Source of the DNA: an uncultured Methanoregulaceae archaeon
Lineage (GTDB): Archaea > Halobacteriota > Methanomicrobia > Methanomicrobiales > Methanospirillaceae
DNA: 64,000 nt
Reading direction: 5' to 3'
Assembly (NCBI GenBank): GCA_963717525.1
Contig: OY970343.1
Coordinates: forward strand, 960,001 to 1,024,000
Each line of letters opens with the position of its first letter. The first letter of the stretch is position 1. Below the pieces are notes generated by a model. The model did not search any database, had not been told where the DNA came from, and was given only the letters and a program-made list of their open reading frames with translations. Of the stretch, positions 43,294-53,952 are shown in pieces. The translations under genes and the position numbers were made by a program.

Positions 43294-43701
43294 TTAAATA
43301 ATCTCTTCAATCTTCCGGATAAGGTGTTCTGCATGACCGACCGCCGATTCCGCTTCGGTTTCTGAAATTGATCCTGCCGTATCATAGACCGAACTGTGCC
43401 GCTTGCGTCGCATCCGGTCAAAGATAATCGCATCATGCGGCTCAACAAACAGTTCGACAAATTTTACAACCGCGATATGCTGGCTGGCTCCATCCGGCCG
43501 GTAGCCTTTCGCAAACATCAGCGCCCGGCCTGCCTGGAGTACCGCGTTATACGCGATAGTATATGCCCAGTCCCGATCCGTTGGAAGGATCGTACGTGAG
43601 GTACGGAGGTCCCGGTACGCAAGCGCCAGGGAATCATCGACTTTTTTCTTATCGTAAGGGAGTCGCTTGATCAGTCCTTCCCGTTCGAGATCCTCAATCA
43701 T
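43294..43701 (-). CDS. HEPN-domain protein (toxin partner)
   Basis: AYNAVLQAGRAL, RMRRKRH (Rx4-6H); overlaps the MNT stop. Confidence 0.85.
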   Translation of the reverse strand: MIEDLEREGLIKRLPYDKKKVDDSLALAYRDLRTSRTILPTDRDWAYTIAYNAVLQAGRALMFAKGYRPDGASQHIAVVKFVELFVEPHDAIIFDRMRRKRHSSVYDTAGSISETEAESAVGHAEHLIRKIEEII

Positions 43702-44257
43702 CGCAGGTACCGCTGATTACGATCTTCTCTTCTTTCATTACATTCTTTACGAAAGGATCGTGCTGTTTCTTTTTCTGTGCAAATTCCGCAAGCGTCATGA
43801 GCGTGTAGTTGATCTCACGGCCGGTCTCCTGTTCACACGAATGGATGATCGGAATAAGCCGGTCCTCATCGATTGCTCCCACGATAAAGAGGTCGATGTC
43901 GCTTTTTGCCCCGGCAGACCCGCGGGCAAACGATCCGTAGATAAACATGCACGAGATCTTTTCATCGGCAAGGGCACGCTTCAGGATGCCGGAAATTCCT
44001 TCGGTTTTTAATACAATCTTCTGGAGCTCGGCAAAAAGGAAATGGCCGGTGTTCACCGTGTAATACTGCTGGTTTCCTTTCTTTTGCCCGACAAGAAGAC
44101 CAAAGGATTCAAGGTTGCTGAGTTCCCGGCGTACTGCATTGATATTCTCACCGGTTGTCCGGACAATCTCGCGGATATAGAACTCGCTCCCCGGATTGAG
44201 CAGGAAGAGCGTAAGGAGCTTCACCCGGGTCTTTGAAGAGATAAGCGCTTCCAGCAT
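43694..44257 (-). CDS. Winged-HTH plus minimal nucleotidyltransferase (MNT) antitoxin
   Basis: SKTRVKLL...YIREI HTH; YGSFARG...SDIDL. Confidence 0.88.
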   Translation of the reverse strand: MLEALISSKTRVKLLTLFLLNPGSEFYIREIVRTTGENINAVRRELSNLESFGLLVGQKKGNQQYYTVNTGHFLFAELQKIVLKTEGISGILKRALADEKISCMFIYGSFARGSAGAKSDIDLFIVGAIDEDRLIPIIHSCEQETGREINYTLMTLAEFAQKKKQHDPFVKNVMKEEKIVISGTCDD

Positions 44258-44332
44258 GAATACATAATGTATTCAATTGAGTAAAAAATGTATTCATTGT
44301 CCGGGCCGCGTAAAAATTAAAAAAAAAAGTTC

Positions 44333-45199
44333 TCACGGTCTGCCGGTCGCTGCCTCCGGACACACTTTCGCAAACTTGCAGCTCATACACTCCCTCTGCG
44401 AAGGCCTCGCAGGAAAATCCGGGAACTCATAACTCGCGTTCATCGTCGAAAACTCCCGTGTTATCATCTCCTGAATTTCGCATAAGCGCTCGACAAAAAA
44501 AGGATATGTCTTTGTCTCCTCGGTCTTCAAAAAGACGAGTTCGCTCTTGATCATATCGGGGCCCAGCTTATAGTACTGCATCGCCCAGAGCACGTAGGCC
44601 GCCATCTGGAGCTCGGTCTCGTACTCGTTGTCGTCCCTGCCGGTCTTCCAGTCAGAAAGGACGATTGTACCATTGGGAAGTCGGCTTGCAAAATCCACCT
44701 TGACCGTTACTTCTACATCGCCGATCCGGAACCGGTCGAACTCTTCATGCCGCAGGCATTCCCGGTTCGCGTATTCAGGCCAGACCATGCCAAAGAATGT
44801 GTCCAGACAGGTTTTCCCGCTCTCTTCCATCCCCTCAAAGAACGATCCGCCGAACTGCTCACCGTTCCGGTATTCAGTCAGGAGTTCGGTTGCCATGTCC
44901 TTATACCGGGCGACTTTTCGCAGGTAGGTACTCATGGCCTCGGCCGGATTCATCGGTTTATTCTCGCAATGGAGCTGGATCTGCTGGTCGATGATATCGT
45001 GGATGAGCTGCCCTTGGACGACAAACTTGGAATCAAAATTCTTGAAATACCGTATTTTTTCGGGATCAACAATCGCCCCGCTCTTCACGTACGGTGCGAT
45101 GTACTCGTAATAGTACTGCCGCTGGCACCGGTTCCAGACCCGGTGTTTGGTAAACGACCACGTATTGATCGTGAAGAAAAAGGGATCCAGCTCAGGCAC
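44333..45199 (-). CDS. PD-(D/E)XK nuclease, RecB/AddB/Cas4-like, with Fe-S cysteines
   Basis: N-terminal C (RCQRQYYY), GQLIH, VDF...SDWKTG, QMAAY, CMSCKFAKVC. Confidence 0.85.
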   Translation of the reverse strand: MPELDPFFFTINTWSFTKHRVWNRCQRQYYYEYIAPYVKSGAIVDPEKIRYFKNFDSKFVVQGQLIHDIIDQQIQLHCENKPMNPAEAMSTYLRKVARYKDMATELLTEYRNGEQFGGSFFEGMEESGKTCLDTFFGMVWPEYANRECLRHEEFDRFRIGDVEVTVKVDFASRLPNGTIVLSDWKTGRDDNEYETELQMAAYVLWAMQYYKLGPDMIKSELVFLKTEETKTYPFFVERLCEIQEMITREFSTMNASYEFPDFPARPSQRECMSCKFAKVCPEAATGRP

Positions 45200-45370
45200 A
45201 GGGTTCTGTTGGGAGCGGTAAGGAAATAATTTTGCATTTCTTTTTTGGAGTGATATTGGAGGTCATCCAGAAGCCGGTGATACGGATCCATTTCACCACT
45301 AGTGGGTGGGGGGTGGCCCCCCTCGGAAAAAAGATGAGGGAGGGGGTACCCCTACCCTCCCGACCCCCGG

Positions 45371-46228
45371 TTACTCCTCCTCCAGCACTTCCTCGAGACG
45401 ATCTGCTGTTAAGTCAGCGTGGATGGTCCTGGCTATGAATGGCAGAGCGGCTGCCGGGGGAAGCCCAAGTTCGGCGAGAACCCAGCCAGCGAGAGCCTGC
45501 GGGTCCGGGGTCTCAGGGTATTCTGACGCTGCTTTCCTGACTGCGGCGTGAACGCGCCGGATATAGTTGATGCAATCTTCAAAACGCCAGTATGCCACTT
45601 CTCCACCAGGCAGGTCGTGTGAAGGGAGGTAGTGCATGAGACCCTGAATTTTCTCCAGCCTCCGGATCGACCGTACCAATGCTACCGGGTCTGTGTAGAT
45701 GGGTGCGCGCCCGGGTACCTGGACCGTGTCGCCCGTGAAAAGGGCCATTTCCTCCCGGAGGAGGAGGGAGATGGACCCGGGTGAGTGTCCGGGTGTATGA
45801 AGCACCTCAACAGTGAGTCCTTTTCCAAGGCTGATGGTATCCTTATCCTGAAGGAGACGCCCAACCGGAACCGGCCCGCCAACCATGGGCGGGACACCGG
45901 GTGCCGGGCTTTTCAGCAGCATATGGCTGATGTTCTCGATCGCTGGGGCATCCAGCGGGTGAGCGGCAACCCGGCAACCGGTCAGGTCACGGATTGCCTT
46001 TGCGGCCCCGATATGGTCAGGATGCGAATGGGTCAGGATGATCAGTTCAATTTCGGAAAGTTCCCGTCCGCTCGAGCGAATATCTTCATAGATAAGTTTC
46101 TCAGACCCGTTGAACCCGGTATCGATCACGGTGATGCCGTTACCGTACACAAGGTAAACATTAACAAACCGGCCCGGCGCTGGCCCCAGCGGGGTTTCGA
46201 TAGCATGGATGTGTGGTGTAATCTCCAT
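45371..46228 (-). CDS. Metallo-beta-lactamase-fold hydrolase
   Basis: IDTG, THSHPDHIG, HTPGHSPG, FTGD, PSH. Confidence 0.92.
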   Translation of the reverse strand: MEITPHIHAIETPLGPAPGRFVNVYLVYGNGITVIDTGFNGSEKLIYEDIRSSGRELSEIELIILTHSHPDHIGAAKAIRDLTGCRVAAHPLDAPAIENISHMLLKSPAPGVPPMVGGPVPVGRLLQDKDTISLGKGLTVEVLHTPGHSPGSISLLLREEMALFTGDTVQVPGRAPIYTDPVALVRSIRRLEKIQGLMHYLPSHDLPGGEVAYWRFEDCINYIRRVHAAVRKAASEYPETPDPQALAGWVLAELGLPPAAALPFIARTIHADLTADRLEEVLEEE

Positions 46229-46434
46229 TCAAGCACCTATATCGATCTCAACCAATCACCTTTAAAAAATAAACCGGGGGATACAGCACCGGGTGCCAGG
46301 CACAGGAACTCCGGATCACCTCTCCCCTCACCCCCGACCCAACCGCACGGTCAGGTGCGGACAGGTGCCTGTACCCTGCACACAAAAAGCGGTTATATCA
46401 TAACAGAAAACAAACACGTAATGAAGGAAATCCC

Positions 46435-46608
46435 ATGAGCGCCGCTGAACAGTATATCACCGATGAGAAAGGGAACAAGATCGCCGTCATTCTCCCGCTC
46501 ACCGAGTACCAGCACCTCAAAGAAGATCTCCACGATCTTGCGATGGTAGCAGAACGGCGGGACGAAGGTATCATAAGCCTTGTCGAATTAAAAAAGCGGG
46601 TGATGTGA
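46435..46608 (+). CDS. Putative antitoxin (57 aa)
   Basis: Hand-translated MSAAEQYITDEKGNKIAVILPLTEYQHLKEDLHDLAMVAERRDEGIISLVELKKRVM, directly upstream of RelE. Confidence 0.78.
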   Translation: MSAAEQYITDEKGNKIAVILPLTEYQHLKEDLHDLAMVAERRDEGIISLVELKKRVM

Positions 46609-46619
46609 GCGGAACCCCG

Positions 46620-46886
46620 ATGAGTTCCTACACGCTCTCTTTTAAAAACAGCGTGGAGAAAGATTGCCGGAAAATTCCAAAAGACCTGCTCCTGAATATT
46701 TTTGAGCATGTGGAAAATCTTTCAGTAAATCCCCTCCCGCACGATGCGATCAAACTGGCCGGTGCGGAATCGCTGTACCGGATCCGGGTGGGAGAGTACC
46801 GGATCATTTACCTGGTGCTGCACGAATCCTGCGAAGTGATCGTGTATTATATCCGGCACCGGAGCGTTGCATACCGGGGCATGTAA
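46620..46886 (+). CDS. RelE/ParE family toxin
   Basis: NPLP...KLAG...YRIRVGEYRIIY...IRHR. Confidence 0.9.
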   Translation: MSSYTLSFKNSVEKDCRKIPKDLLLNIFEHVENLSVNPLPHDAIKLAGAESLYRIRVGEYRIIYLVLHESCEVIVYYIRHRSVAYRGM

Positions 46887-46951
46887 CTCTCCCGTTTCCT
46901 ATCGGTACCCACGGAAAGAGAATAACCCGTTTCAACCCCAAAACTGGTCCT

Positions 46952-47281
46952 GGATTGCCCCTTCCCCACCCCCAAAATACGCCCTATACGGCCCCGGATT
47001 CTCCATTTCCCCGCCCGGAAAACCCCGTAAAATGCCCGGATTCGGGGGCCATCCGGAAGTCGGTTATACGGGGACATTTTGCAAAAATACAGCGTATTTA
47101 CCCCCTGATTCCGATCCCCAAAATGGCCGTTTTTTTCATTTCCGGCATACTTTGGCCTGATCGAAGTGAGATCGGCCACCGGAAGGCCATAGCGGCCGTT
47201 TCTCAAGGGGGTCGGAATCCGGCGGTTTTCAGGGCGTATTCTGGCGGGAAAACCGTGATTTGAGGAGGGTTTCTTACGACG
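46952..47281. repeat. ~330-bp dispersed repeat, copy B
   Basis: Same orientation as A and C; a long block (CATTTCCGGCATAC...GGAATCCGGCGGTT) is identical to copy C. Confidence 0.9.
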
Positions 47282-47311
47282 AAAAGAGAGAATATGGGAA
47301 GTCCTATCGTC

Positions 47312-47656
47312 TCACGATATCCGGTGCCTTTTTACGGGATCTGCGGGCGCCTTACCGGAAAAACTGATCTTTTTCAGGATCGTCTCTCGTTTGATCCGTG
47401 CCTCCGTATGGTTTGGGTCGATCTCGATGAGCTTGTCAAATTTCCTCACTGCCTCATCGTACCGTTCCAGCTCATCAAGACAGTTTCCCATCGCGTTCAA
47501 TGCCTCGCAGAACCGGGGAGCGATTACTATTGCCCGCTGGAAGTCATTCAGCGCTTCTTCTTTTCTCCCTAGCATCGAAAGGTACAGCGCATGGTGATAC
47601 ATATACTGCGCCTCAAGCGGAATTCCGCCGTTTTTAATAATCTGCGTCATGTTCAT
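47312..47656 (-). CDS. Small TPR protein downstream of kdpB
   Basis: GRKEEALNDFQRAIVIAP..EALNAMGNCL..LERYDEAV..FDKLIEIDP; GGGGAG RBS. Confidence 0.8.
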   Translation of the reverse strand: MNMTQIIKNGGIPLEAQYMYHHALYLSMLGRKEEALNDFQRAIVIAPRFCEALNAMGNCLDELERYDEAVRKFDKLIEIDPNHTEARIKRETILKKISFSGKAPADPVKRHRIS

Positions 47657-47809
47657 CTCCCCAATGCCTTGGCATAGCCAGCAGCGACGCACGTGCCCTG
47701 ATTGCAGGCAACGCGGTATCCTCGGTAATGCGGGTTTTGCAGATGCAACAGAACCCAAAAAGAGGATTATGGGCCTGCCGGTATTCGTCAGGACCAGGCA
47801 TACGAGACC

Positions 47810-49912
47810 TTACACCCCCATGAGCATGAGCAGCATATCGATAATTTTTATCCCGATGAACGGTGCGATGAGCCCGCCAACCCCGTAGATGAGAATGTTG
47901 TTCCGCAGGGATTCTTCAGCCGACATGGCCCGGTACTTCACGCCATGAAGGGCAAGCGGGATGAGAATGACGATAATGATCGCGTTGAAGATGACTGCAG
48001 ACAGGATGCCATTGTGGAGCCTGAGGATGTTCATTGCCCCAAGAGCCGGGTAGGTTGAGGCAAACGCAACCGGGATGATGGCGAAATATTTCGCGATATC
48101 GTTTGCTATCGAGAACGTGGTCAGCGCCCCCCGGGTCATAAGGAGCTGCTTTCCGATCTCGACAATATCGATCAGTTTTGTCGGGTTGGAATCGAGATCA
48201 ACCATGTTTGCCGCTTCGCGGGCCGGCTGCGTACCGGTGTTCATGGCAACCGCGACATCTGCCTGCGCAAGCGCCGGGGCGTCGTTCGTCCCGTCACCGG
48301 TCATGGCTACCATTCTGCCGCCGGTCTGGTATTCACGGATCAGCTTCAGTTTGCTTTCGGGAGTTGCTTCCGCAAGGAAATCATCGACACCGGCTTCTGC
48401 GGCAATAGTTGCTGCAGTGAGATGGTTGTCTCCCGTGATCATCACCGTTTTGATCCCCATCTTCCGCAGCTGGGCAAACCGTTCCTTTATTCCGCCTTTC
48501 ACAATATCTTTTAAGTGGATAACACCGAGGGCTTTCCCGTTTTTTGCAACAACGAGCGGTGTCCCCCCGGCCCGTGAGATCATATCCACAACCAGTTTCA
48601 GGTTTTCTGATACTATTTCGCCGCTCGTCTCGATGTATCTGTACATCGCATCAGCTGCACCCTTCCGGACACGGATATCGCCGTAATCGACGCCACTCAT
48701 CCGGGTCTGGCTGGTAAATGGGATGAACACCATTTCGGGACCGGATTCCGTTTCTCCCACGGTCCTTCCCCGGAGGTCGTACTTCTCTTTGGCGAGGACC
48801 ACGATACTGCGGCCTTCGGGCGTTTCATCGGCAAGAGAAGCAAGCTGGGCATTTTCCGCAAGATCGGCAACATCCATTCCGTCAACCGGTATGAATTCCA
48901 CGGCCTGCCGGTTCCCGAGCGTGATGGTTCCGGTCTTATCCAGCAGGAGGACATCGACATCCCCCGCAGCCTCGATGGCTCTCCCGGACGTTGTAATCAC
49001 GTTCCTGCGGATCAGCCGGTCCATGCCCGCAATGCCGATTGCAGAGAGGAGCCCGCCAATCGTGGTCGGTGCGAGGCAGACAAAGAGGGCGACAAGAACC
49101 GTGATAGTGACCGTAGTCCCGGCCCCGGCTGACTGGACACTGTACGCCGAGAATGCATAGAGGGTCGCGGATACGACAACAAAGATGGCGGTCAGCCCGA
49201 CAAGGAGGATATTGAGCGCGATCTCGTTGGGGGTCTTCTGCCGTTTGGCACCTTCGATAAGGCAGATCATGCGATCGAGGAAGCCTTCTCCGGGGTCCGC
49301 ACTCACCCTGACAACCAGCCAGTCCGAGAGTATCGCGGTGCCTCCCGTGACTGCACTGCGATCACCGCCGGATTCACGGATAACCGGTGCACTTTCGCCG
49401 GTGATCGCGCTCTCGTTGATGGATGCGATGCCTTCAATCACTTCACCATCCACCGGGATCGTGTCACCGGCTTTGACGTAGAAGACATCACTTTTGTGCA
49501 GGGTGGACGAGGAAACGACCGAATAATCCGAAGGCCCCGGCTCTTTTCCCTTCTCGACACTGTACCCGGGATTCAGTTTCTTTCCCGCGGTATCCTGCCG
49601 CATCTTGCGCAGGGCTTCGGCCTGTGCCTTGCCCCTGCCTTCCGCGAGTGCTTCGGCAAAGTTTGCAAAGAGGACCGTGAACCAGAGCCAGATTGAAACG
49701 GCGCCGATGAACCCTGCCGGTGCTTCTCCGTGCCCCAGGAGCGCCTGGATCCAGAGCAGGGTGGTGAGCACACTGCCGATCTCAACGGTAAACATCACCA
49801 CGTTGTGGTACAGCGTCCTGGGGTCGAGTTTGATGAACGAATCGATAATTGCGCGCCTGTAGAGTGCGTACTGGTCCGCTGCCGGGACTTTCGGGCCGGA
49901 ATGTTCAGACAT
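47810..49912 (-). CDS. kdpB: Potassium-transporting ATPase subunit B
   Basis: [45 protein letters not shown]. Confidence 0.97.
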   Translation of the reverse strand: MSEHSGPKVPAADQYALYRRAIIDSFIKLDPRTLYHNVVMFTVEIGSVLTTLLWIQALLGHGEAPAGFIGAVSIWLWFTVLFANFAEALAEGRGKAQAEALRKMRQDTAGKKLNPGYSVEKGKEPGPSDYSVVSSSTLHKSDVFYVKAGDTIPVDGEVIEGIASINESAITGESAPVIRESGGDRSAVTGGTAILSDWLVVRVSADPGEGFLDRMICLIEGAKRQKTPNEIALNILLVGLTAIFVVVSATLYAFSAYSVQSAGAGTTVTITVLVALFVCLAPTTIGGLLSAIGIAGMDRLIRRNVITTSGRAIEAAGDVDVLLLDKTGTITLGNRQAVEFIPVDGMDVADLAENAQLASLADETPEGRSIVVLAKEKYDLRGRTVGETESGPEMVFIPFTSQTRMSGVDYGDIRVRKGAADAMYRYIETSGEIVSENLKLVVDMISRAGGTPLVVAKNGKALGVIHLKDIVKGGIKERFAQLRKMGIKTVMITGDNHLTAATIAAEAGVDDFLAEATPESKLKLIREYQTGGRMVAMTGDGTNDAPALAQADVAVAMNTGTQPAREAANMVDLDSNPTKLIDIVEIGKQLLMTRGALTTFSIANDIAKYFAIIPVAFASTYPALGAMNILRLHNGILSAVIFNAIIIVILIPLALHGVKYRAMSAEESLRNNILIYGVGGLIAPFIGIKIIDMLLMLMGV

Positions 49913-52343
49913 GGATAACACCCCTTCCAACCTGGATCAGGAATTCAACGACGGGGCCCAGGGAGAGCGCGGGCAGGAAGCTGAGCGCCCCGATGATGAG
50001 GATGGTAAAAACCACCCAGATGATAAAGAGCGGCCGGTGGTCCTGGAGCGTCCCTTCGCTCGCCGGCACGATCTTCTTTGTCACGAATGCCCCGGCCAGT
50101 GCGAGCGTGATAATAGCGATGGCATAGCGCCCGACAAACATGCAGACTGTTGTTGCGAGGTTGTAGAACAGGTTCGATGACAACCCGGCAAAGGCACTGC
50201 CATTGTTCTGGGAGACCGAGGAAAACGCGTACAGGATCTCGGAGAAACCATGCGGCCCCGGGTTGAAGACCGCAGCTGTTCCCGGGGCGATCGAAACCGC
50301 GATCGCGGTCCCGATCAAAATCAAAAAGATCGGAATGAGGATGTGGATTGTGGAGAGTTTCATTTCGTACGGCTCGATCTTCTTTCCGTACAATTCAGGG
50401 GTCCTCCCTACCATCAGCCCGGCAATAAACATCGCGATGATTATGAACACGAGCATGCAGTACAGGCCAGAGCCGACACCGCCGTAGACGATCTCGCCTA
50501 ACTGGATGTCGAATATCTGGACAAGACCGCCGAGCGGCATAAACGAGTCGTGCATCGAATTAACCGCACCACAGCTGGTAACGGTGGTGATGACCGAGAA
50601 GGCCGCCGACGGGACGATGCCAAAGCGTACCTCCTTTCCCTCCATGTTGCCCCCGGCCTGGAGATGGGATGGTGCCTGGTCGATCCCGAGGGGGGTAAAG
50701 GCCGGGTTGCCCCCCATTTCCGACCAGATGCCAAGGCCAAGGAGCGGCACAAAGAGCAGGGTCATCGCGACAAGGATGGCCAGCCCCTTTTTAACTGATC
50801 CGATCATCTTCCCGAACATGAAGCACAGGGATACCGGTATCAGGAGAATGGCTATTATCTCGATAAGATTCGACAACCACGTCGGGTTTTCATAGGGATG
50901 CGCCGAGTTGGCATTAAAGAACCCGCCCCCGTTTGTCCCCAGCATTTTTATGGCAATCTGCGAAGCCGCGGGGCCAAGGGAGATCGACTGCGTCGTAACG
51001 AGGTTGCCATTCGAGTCGTTTGTCGGGTTGAGGAGAGGCACGGTTACCGGCCCGCCAAATGTCTGGGGAGTTCCCTGCGAGACAAGGACAAGCGCTATGA
51101 CAAAACTTATCGGGAGAAGGATCCAAATGCCGCGGACAAGCAGTACCCAGAAGTTACCGATGGTGAGGGTTGATCTGCGCGAGAAACCGTAAATGAACGC
51201 TACCAGCACTGCCATACCCACCGCTGCGGACATAAAGTTCTGCACGGCGAGCCCCACCATCTGCGTCAGGTAGCTGACGGTGGTTTCCGGGACGTAGAAC
51301 TGCCAGTTGGTGTTCGTGGCAAAACTGACCGCGGTATTAAGCGAGAGGTCCCAGGGGACCGGGCCGGCTCCCACCGGATTGAGCGGGAGGAACTGCTGGA
51401 TCTCCTGGATGAAGAAGACAAACGCGATCCCGATGACGGAAAAGATCATCATCGCGGCGGCAAACTGCTTCCAGTCCATCTCCTCCTCGCTCCCGGCACC
51501 GCACGTCCGGAGGATCCACCCTTCCACCGGCATGATGACCGGTGACAGGAACGTCTGTTTGCCGGTGTAAACCCGGAACATGAACTCCCCCATGGGAACG
51601 AGGAGAAGTGCGAGGATAACTCCGAGCAGGATAAGGAAGACCCAGTCATTGACGGTTATCCCGAACAGGGTGTTCGCGGGCTGGCTCCTGGGCATTGCTG
51701 CCGGATTAACCGGGATCTTATGGGCACTCAGGTCATCGAGTGCCAGGTTCAGGGAGAGGACATTTACTGCAGGTTCGCCAAAGATCCCAAGCACCGGGTT
51801 TGCGGTATTGGCCGCGACCAGTGCAGAAACATCGTTTTCGGAGAGGTTCCGCACCCGTGCAATCCGTGGGACCTGGTAATAGGCGGCAGCCGGACTGATA
51901 TCCGGATCAAGACCGCTCCCTGAAGAGGTCACAAGATCAACAGGGATTGGCTGCGTATTGTCCGGGTCGACTGCGTGGAGGGCATCTGTCCGGGTCTGGA
52001 CCTCAGTAATGAGAGCCGGGTTCTGTGGGCCGTAATTTGAACCGCCGGAAGCTTCGGCATCGTAGGGCACCGGCGATGTTGCAGAGAGCCGGCCCCAGAA
52101 ATAATCCGGGGATGAAAAGGGCTGGCCTATGAGAGAAGATCCCGCAACATTTCCATCATGAACGATAAGATCCCCGTTTGCCTGTACGGGGAAGATCACC
52201 TGGGCAATACCTGTTACAACCAGGGGGTAAACAATGCCCACGAGAATCGTGAGTAAAAGAAACATCACTACGGCTGGTTTGATCTGTTTTTTGATCATCG
52301 ACCAAAGAGCTGACGACGCCCCAATGGAATCCACCTTCATCAT
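49905..52343 (-). CDS. kdpA: KdpC-KdpA fusion protein
   Basis: N-terminal ~205 aa KdpC (YPLVVTG, QANG, GSSLIGQ, SGSGLDP, VNVL.LNLALD) in frame with KdpA (TNTNWQ, GTNGGG, TSCG, NNGSAF filter motifs). Confidence 0.92.
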   Translation of the reverse strand: MMKVDSIGASSALWSMIKKQIKPAVVMFLLLTILVGIVYPLVVTGIAQVIFPVQANGDLIVHDGNVAGSSLIGQPFSSPDYFWGRLSATSPVPYDAEASGGSNYGPQNPALITEVQTRTDALHAVDPDNTQPIPVDLVTSSGSGLDPDISPAAAYYQVPRIARVRNLSENDVSALVAANTANPVLGIFGEPAVNVLSLNLALDDLSAHKIPVNPAAMPRSQPANTLFGITVNDWVFLILLGVILALLLVPMGEFMFRVYTGKQTFLSPVIMPVEGWILRTCGAGSEEEMDWKQFAAAMMIFSVIGIAFVFFIQEIQQFLPLNPVGAGPVPWDLSLNTAVSFATNTNWQFYVPETTVSYLTQMVGLAVQNFMSAAVGMAVLVAFIYGFSRRSTLTIGNFWVLLVRGIWILLPISFVIALVLVSQGTPQTFGGPVTVPLLNPTNDSNGNLVTTQSISLGPAASQIAIKMLGTNGGGFFNANSAHPYENPTWLSNLIEIIAILLIPVSLCFMFGKMIGSVKKGLAILVAMTLLFVPLLGLGIWSEMGGNPAFTPLGIDQAPSHLQAGGNMEGKEVRFGIVPSAAFSVITTVTSCGAVNSMHDSFMPLGGLVQIFDIQLGEIVYGGVGSGLYCMLVFIIIAMFIAGLMVGRTPELYGKKIEPYEMKLSTIHILIPIFLILIGTAIAVSIAPGTAAVFNPGPHGFSEILYAFSSVSQNNGSAFAGLSSNLFYNLATTVCMFVGRYAIAIITLALAGAFVTKKIVPASEGTLQDHRPLFIIWVVFTILIIGALSFLPALSLGPVVEFLIQVGRGVIHV

Positions 52344-52678
52344 GAGCTGCTTTTGAGGTTCTCGAAAGCATTCACATTAGCTGCGTGCCATTTGTTGTTA
52401 TAAAAGCCTTATGGAAAGAATATGCGACCTACCTAATATAATATTAACTACTCTGACGGAGAAAACAGAATCAATTCAGCACCTGGATTTTGTTTCAGCA
52501 CACCCACGCGCCGCGAAAGTCAGTGTCCGGCCCGGGGGGTACTGTCATGACATGCGAAAACACAAACTGACCCGCCTCAACCTCTCAAGGTGATTGTGTG
52601 CACTCCGGTAAAAGAGCCCGGAGATTCTGGTGGGTGAGAATAAAAGTTTCAAAGACGGTGAATTTCTGCCAGGCTGGT

Positions 52679-53641
52679 TCACGTGCAGGAGCACTTCTCA
52701 TCGATGGGTTCAACCGGCTCAAGGCGCTTCACTACTTTTACCATCACGGGAGATGATATCATCTGGACGACCGCATAAAAAGCCGAAGGTATAACGATAG
52801 CCCGGTTTAATTCCATCGTATCCATGGCAGCAGGAGCGATCCCGAACTCCTTAGTGCTGGCTATGAACAAGAGTGGGAGAAACGTCGCTTTTGTCTGTTT
52901 AAAGACAATCTTTGTCAGACAGGCAAGACCATAGCCGAAGAGATTAAGCGATAATTCCACAATAATGATCACGACAGCAAATTCTTTCAATGAGATGATG
53001 GACACAGCGTTGGATGATACAACCACAAACAGGAGCAGGATATAGCACAGAGCGGCAAAACCCGGCCATGCATCCCTGTTTTCCCGGACTTTTGCCGAGT
53101 AGTGGTTTAAGAGAAGACCAATAACCAGGGGAATTATGATAATTCCCACTAATTCAGCTTCCAGGTACACGGTTGGAACCTGCAATGTTATGCCGCCAAA
53201 CAACGTGAGCACGTTGGGCAGGACAAAGGGTGTAAGAACCATGGCAGTCACCAGCATCGTCATTCCCAGTGCTGTGTTGCCCCCCACAAGAGAGATCATA
53301 AGGGGAGCGGAGATATCAGCCGGGAGTGACCCCAGAAGTATTTGCCCGGTGTTTAAATCCGGCATGTGGGAGAAAAATATTTTTCCAAGCATTATCGAGA
53401 AAAGTGCCATAACCACGAATTGCAGGATTATGCTCCAGATAATAATGAGCGGATACCGGCTTGCCTGAATTAAATCCGTGACATTAATGGTCATGCTTAC
53501 AGAAAGGACCATCAGCGCCAGGACTGGTGTAACAATCCATCCTAACAGGGAACCTGGCCCCGGAAAAAGAAGGGAGAATGCCCCGATAACAAATACCAGG
53601 TAAACAAGGTGATCCGTGATCCAGGCCAGTATTTTTATCAT
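52679..53641 (-). CDS. Bile acid:sodium symporter (BASS) family transporter
   Basis: About 9-10 TMs; LQFVVM, P..ISA...GGNTAL, LTPFVLP. Confidence 0.75.
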   Translation of the reverse strand: MIKILAWITDHLVYLVFVIGAFSLLFPGPGSLLGWIVTPVLALMVLSVSMTINVTDLIQASRYPLIIIWSIILQFVVMALFSIMLGKIFFSHMPDLNTGQILLGSLPADISAPLMISLVGGNTALGMTMLVTAMVLTPFVLPNVLTLFGGITLQVPTVYLEAELVGIIIIPLVIGLLLNHYSAKVRENRDAWPGFAALCYILLLFVVVSSNAVSIISLKEFAVVIIIVELSLNLFGYGLACLTKIVFKQTKATFLPLLFIASTKEFGIAPAAMDTMELNRAIVIPSAFYAVVQMISSPVMVKVVKRLEPVEPIDEKCSCT

Positions 53642-53952
53642 AGATTATTTTTCCTTGGATCCCGTCACGGGGCCCTGTTACGATCTTTGTTGTGCAGGAA
53701 CCGGTTTTGTCAGCATGGCTGATAAAGTTAGATCCTGATGCAATTGCAGCTCTGAACCTGAAGAGAATTCCGGCATATACCTGACGTGATCTCAATGCGT
53801 AGGGCACAAATACGTCGGAATAGAAATATTTATAATACATGGAAGGAATATACTTTCCATGGTGACTCAGAGCGGGCGATCGTTCTCTCCCTCCTGAAAA
53901 GCCATTACCAACAGTTTCCATTGAAAATCTCTATCAAGGGAGATACATTAAG

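Noticed and set aside
44333..45199. cas4 of a CRISPR-Cas locus
   Set aside because: No cas1/cas2 or array nearby; fits a stand-alone PD-(D/E)XK nuclease
46847..47263. ORFs inside the 330-bp repeats (also 41839-42424 and 59395-59732)
   Set aside because: Starts, stops and frames differ between copies; the similarity comes from the DNA repeat
52344..52678. kdpF or a K+/c-di-AMP riboswitch upstream of kdpCA
   Set aside because: No short hydrophobic ORF or recognisable aptamer found by eye; an Infernal/Rfam scan would be needed to exclude one
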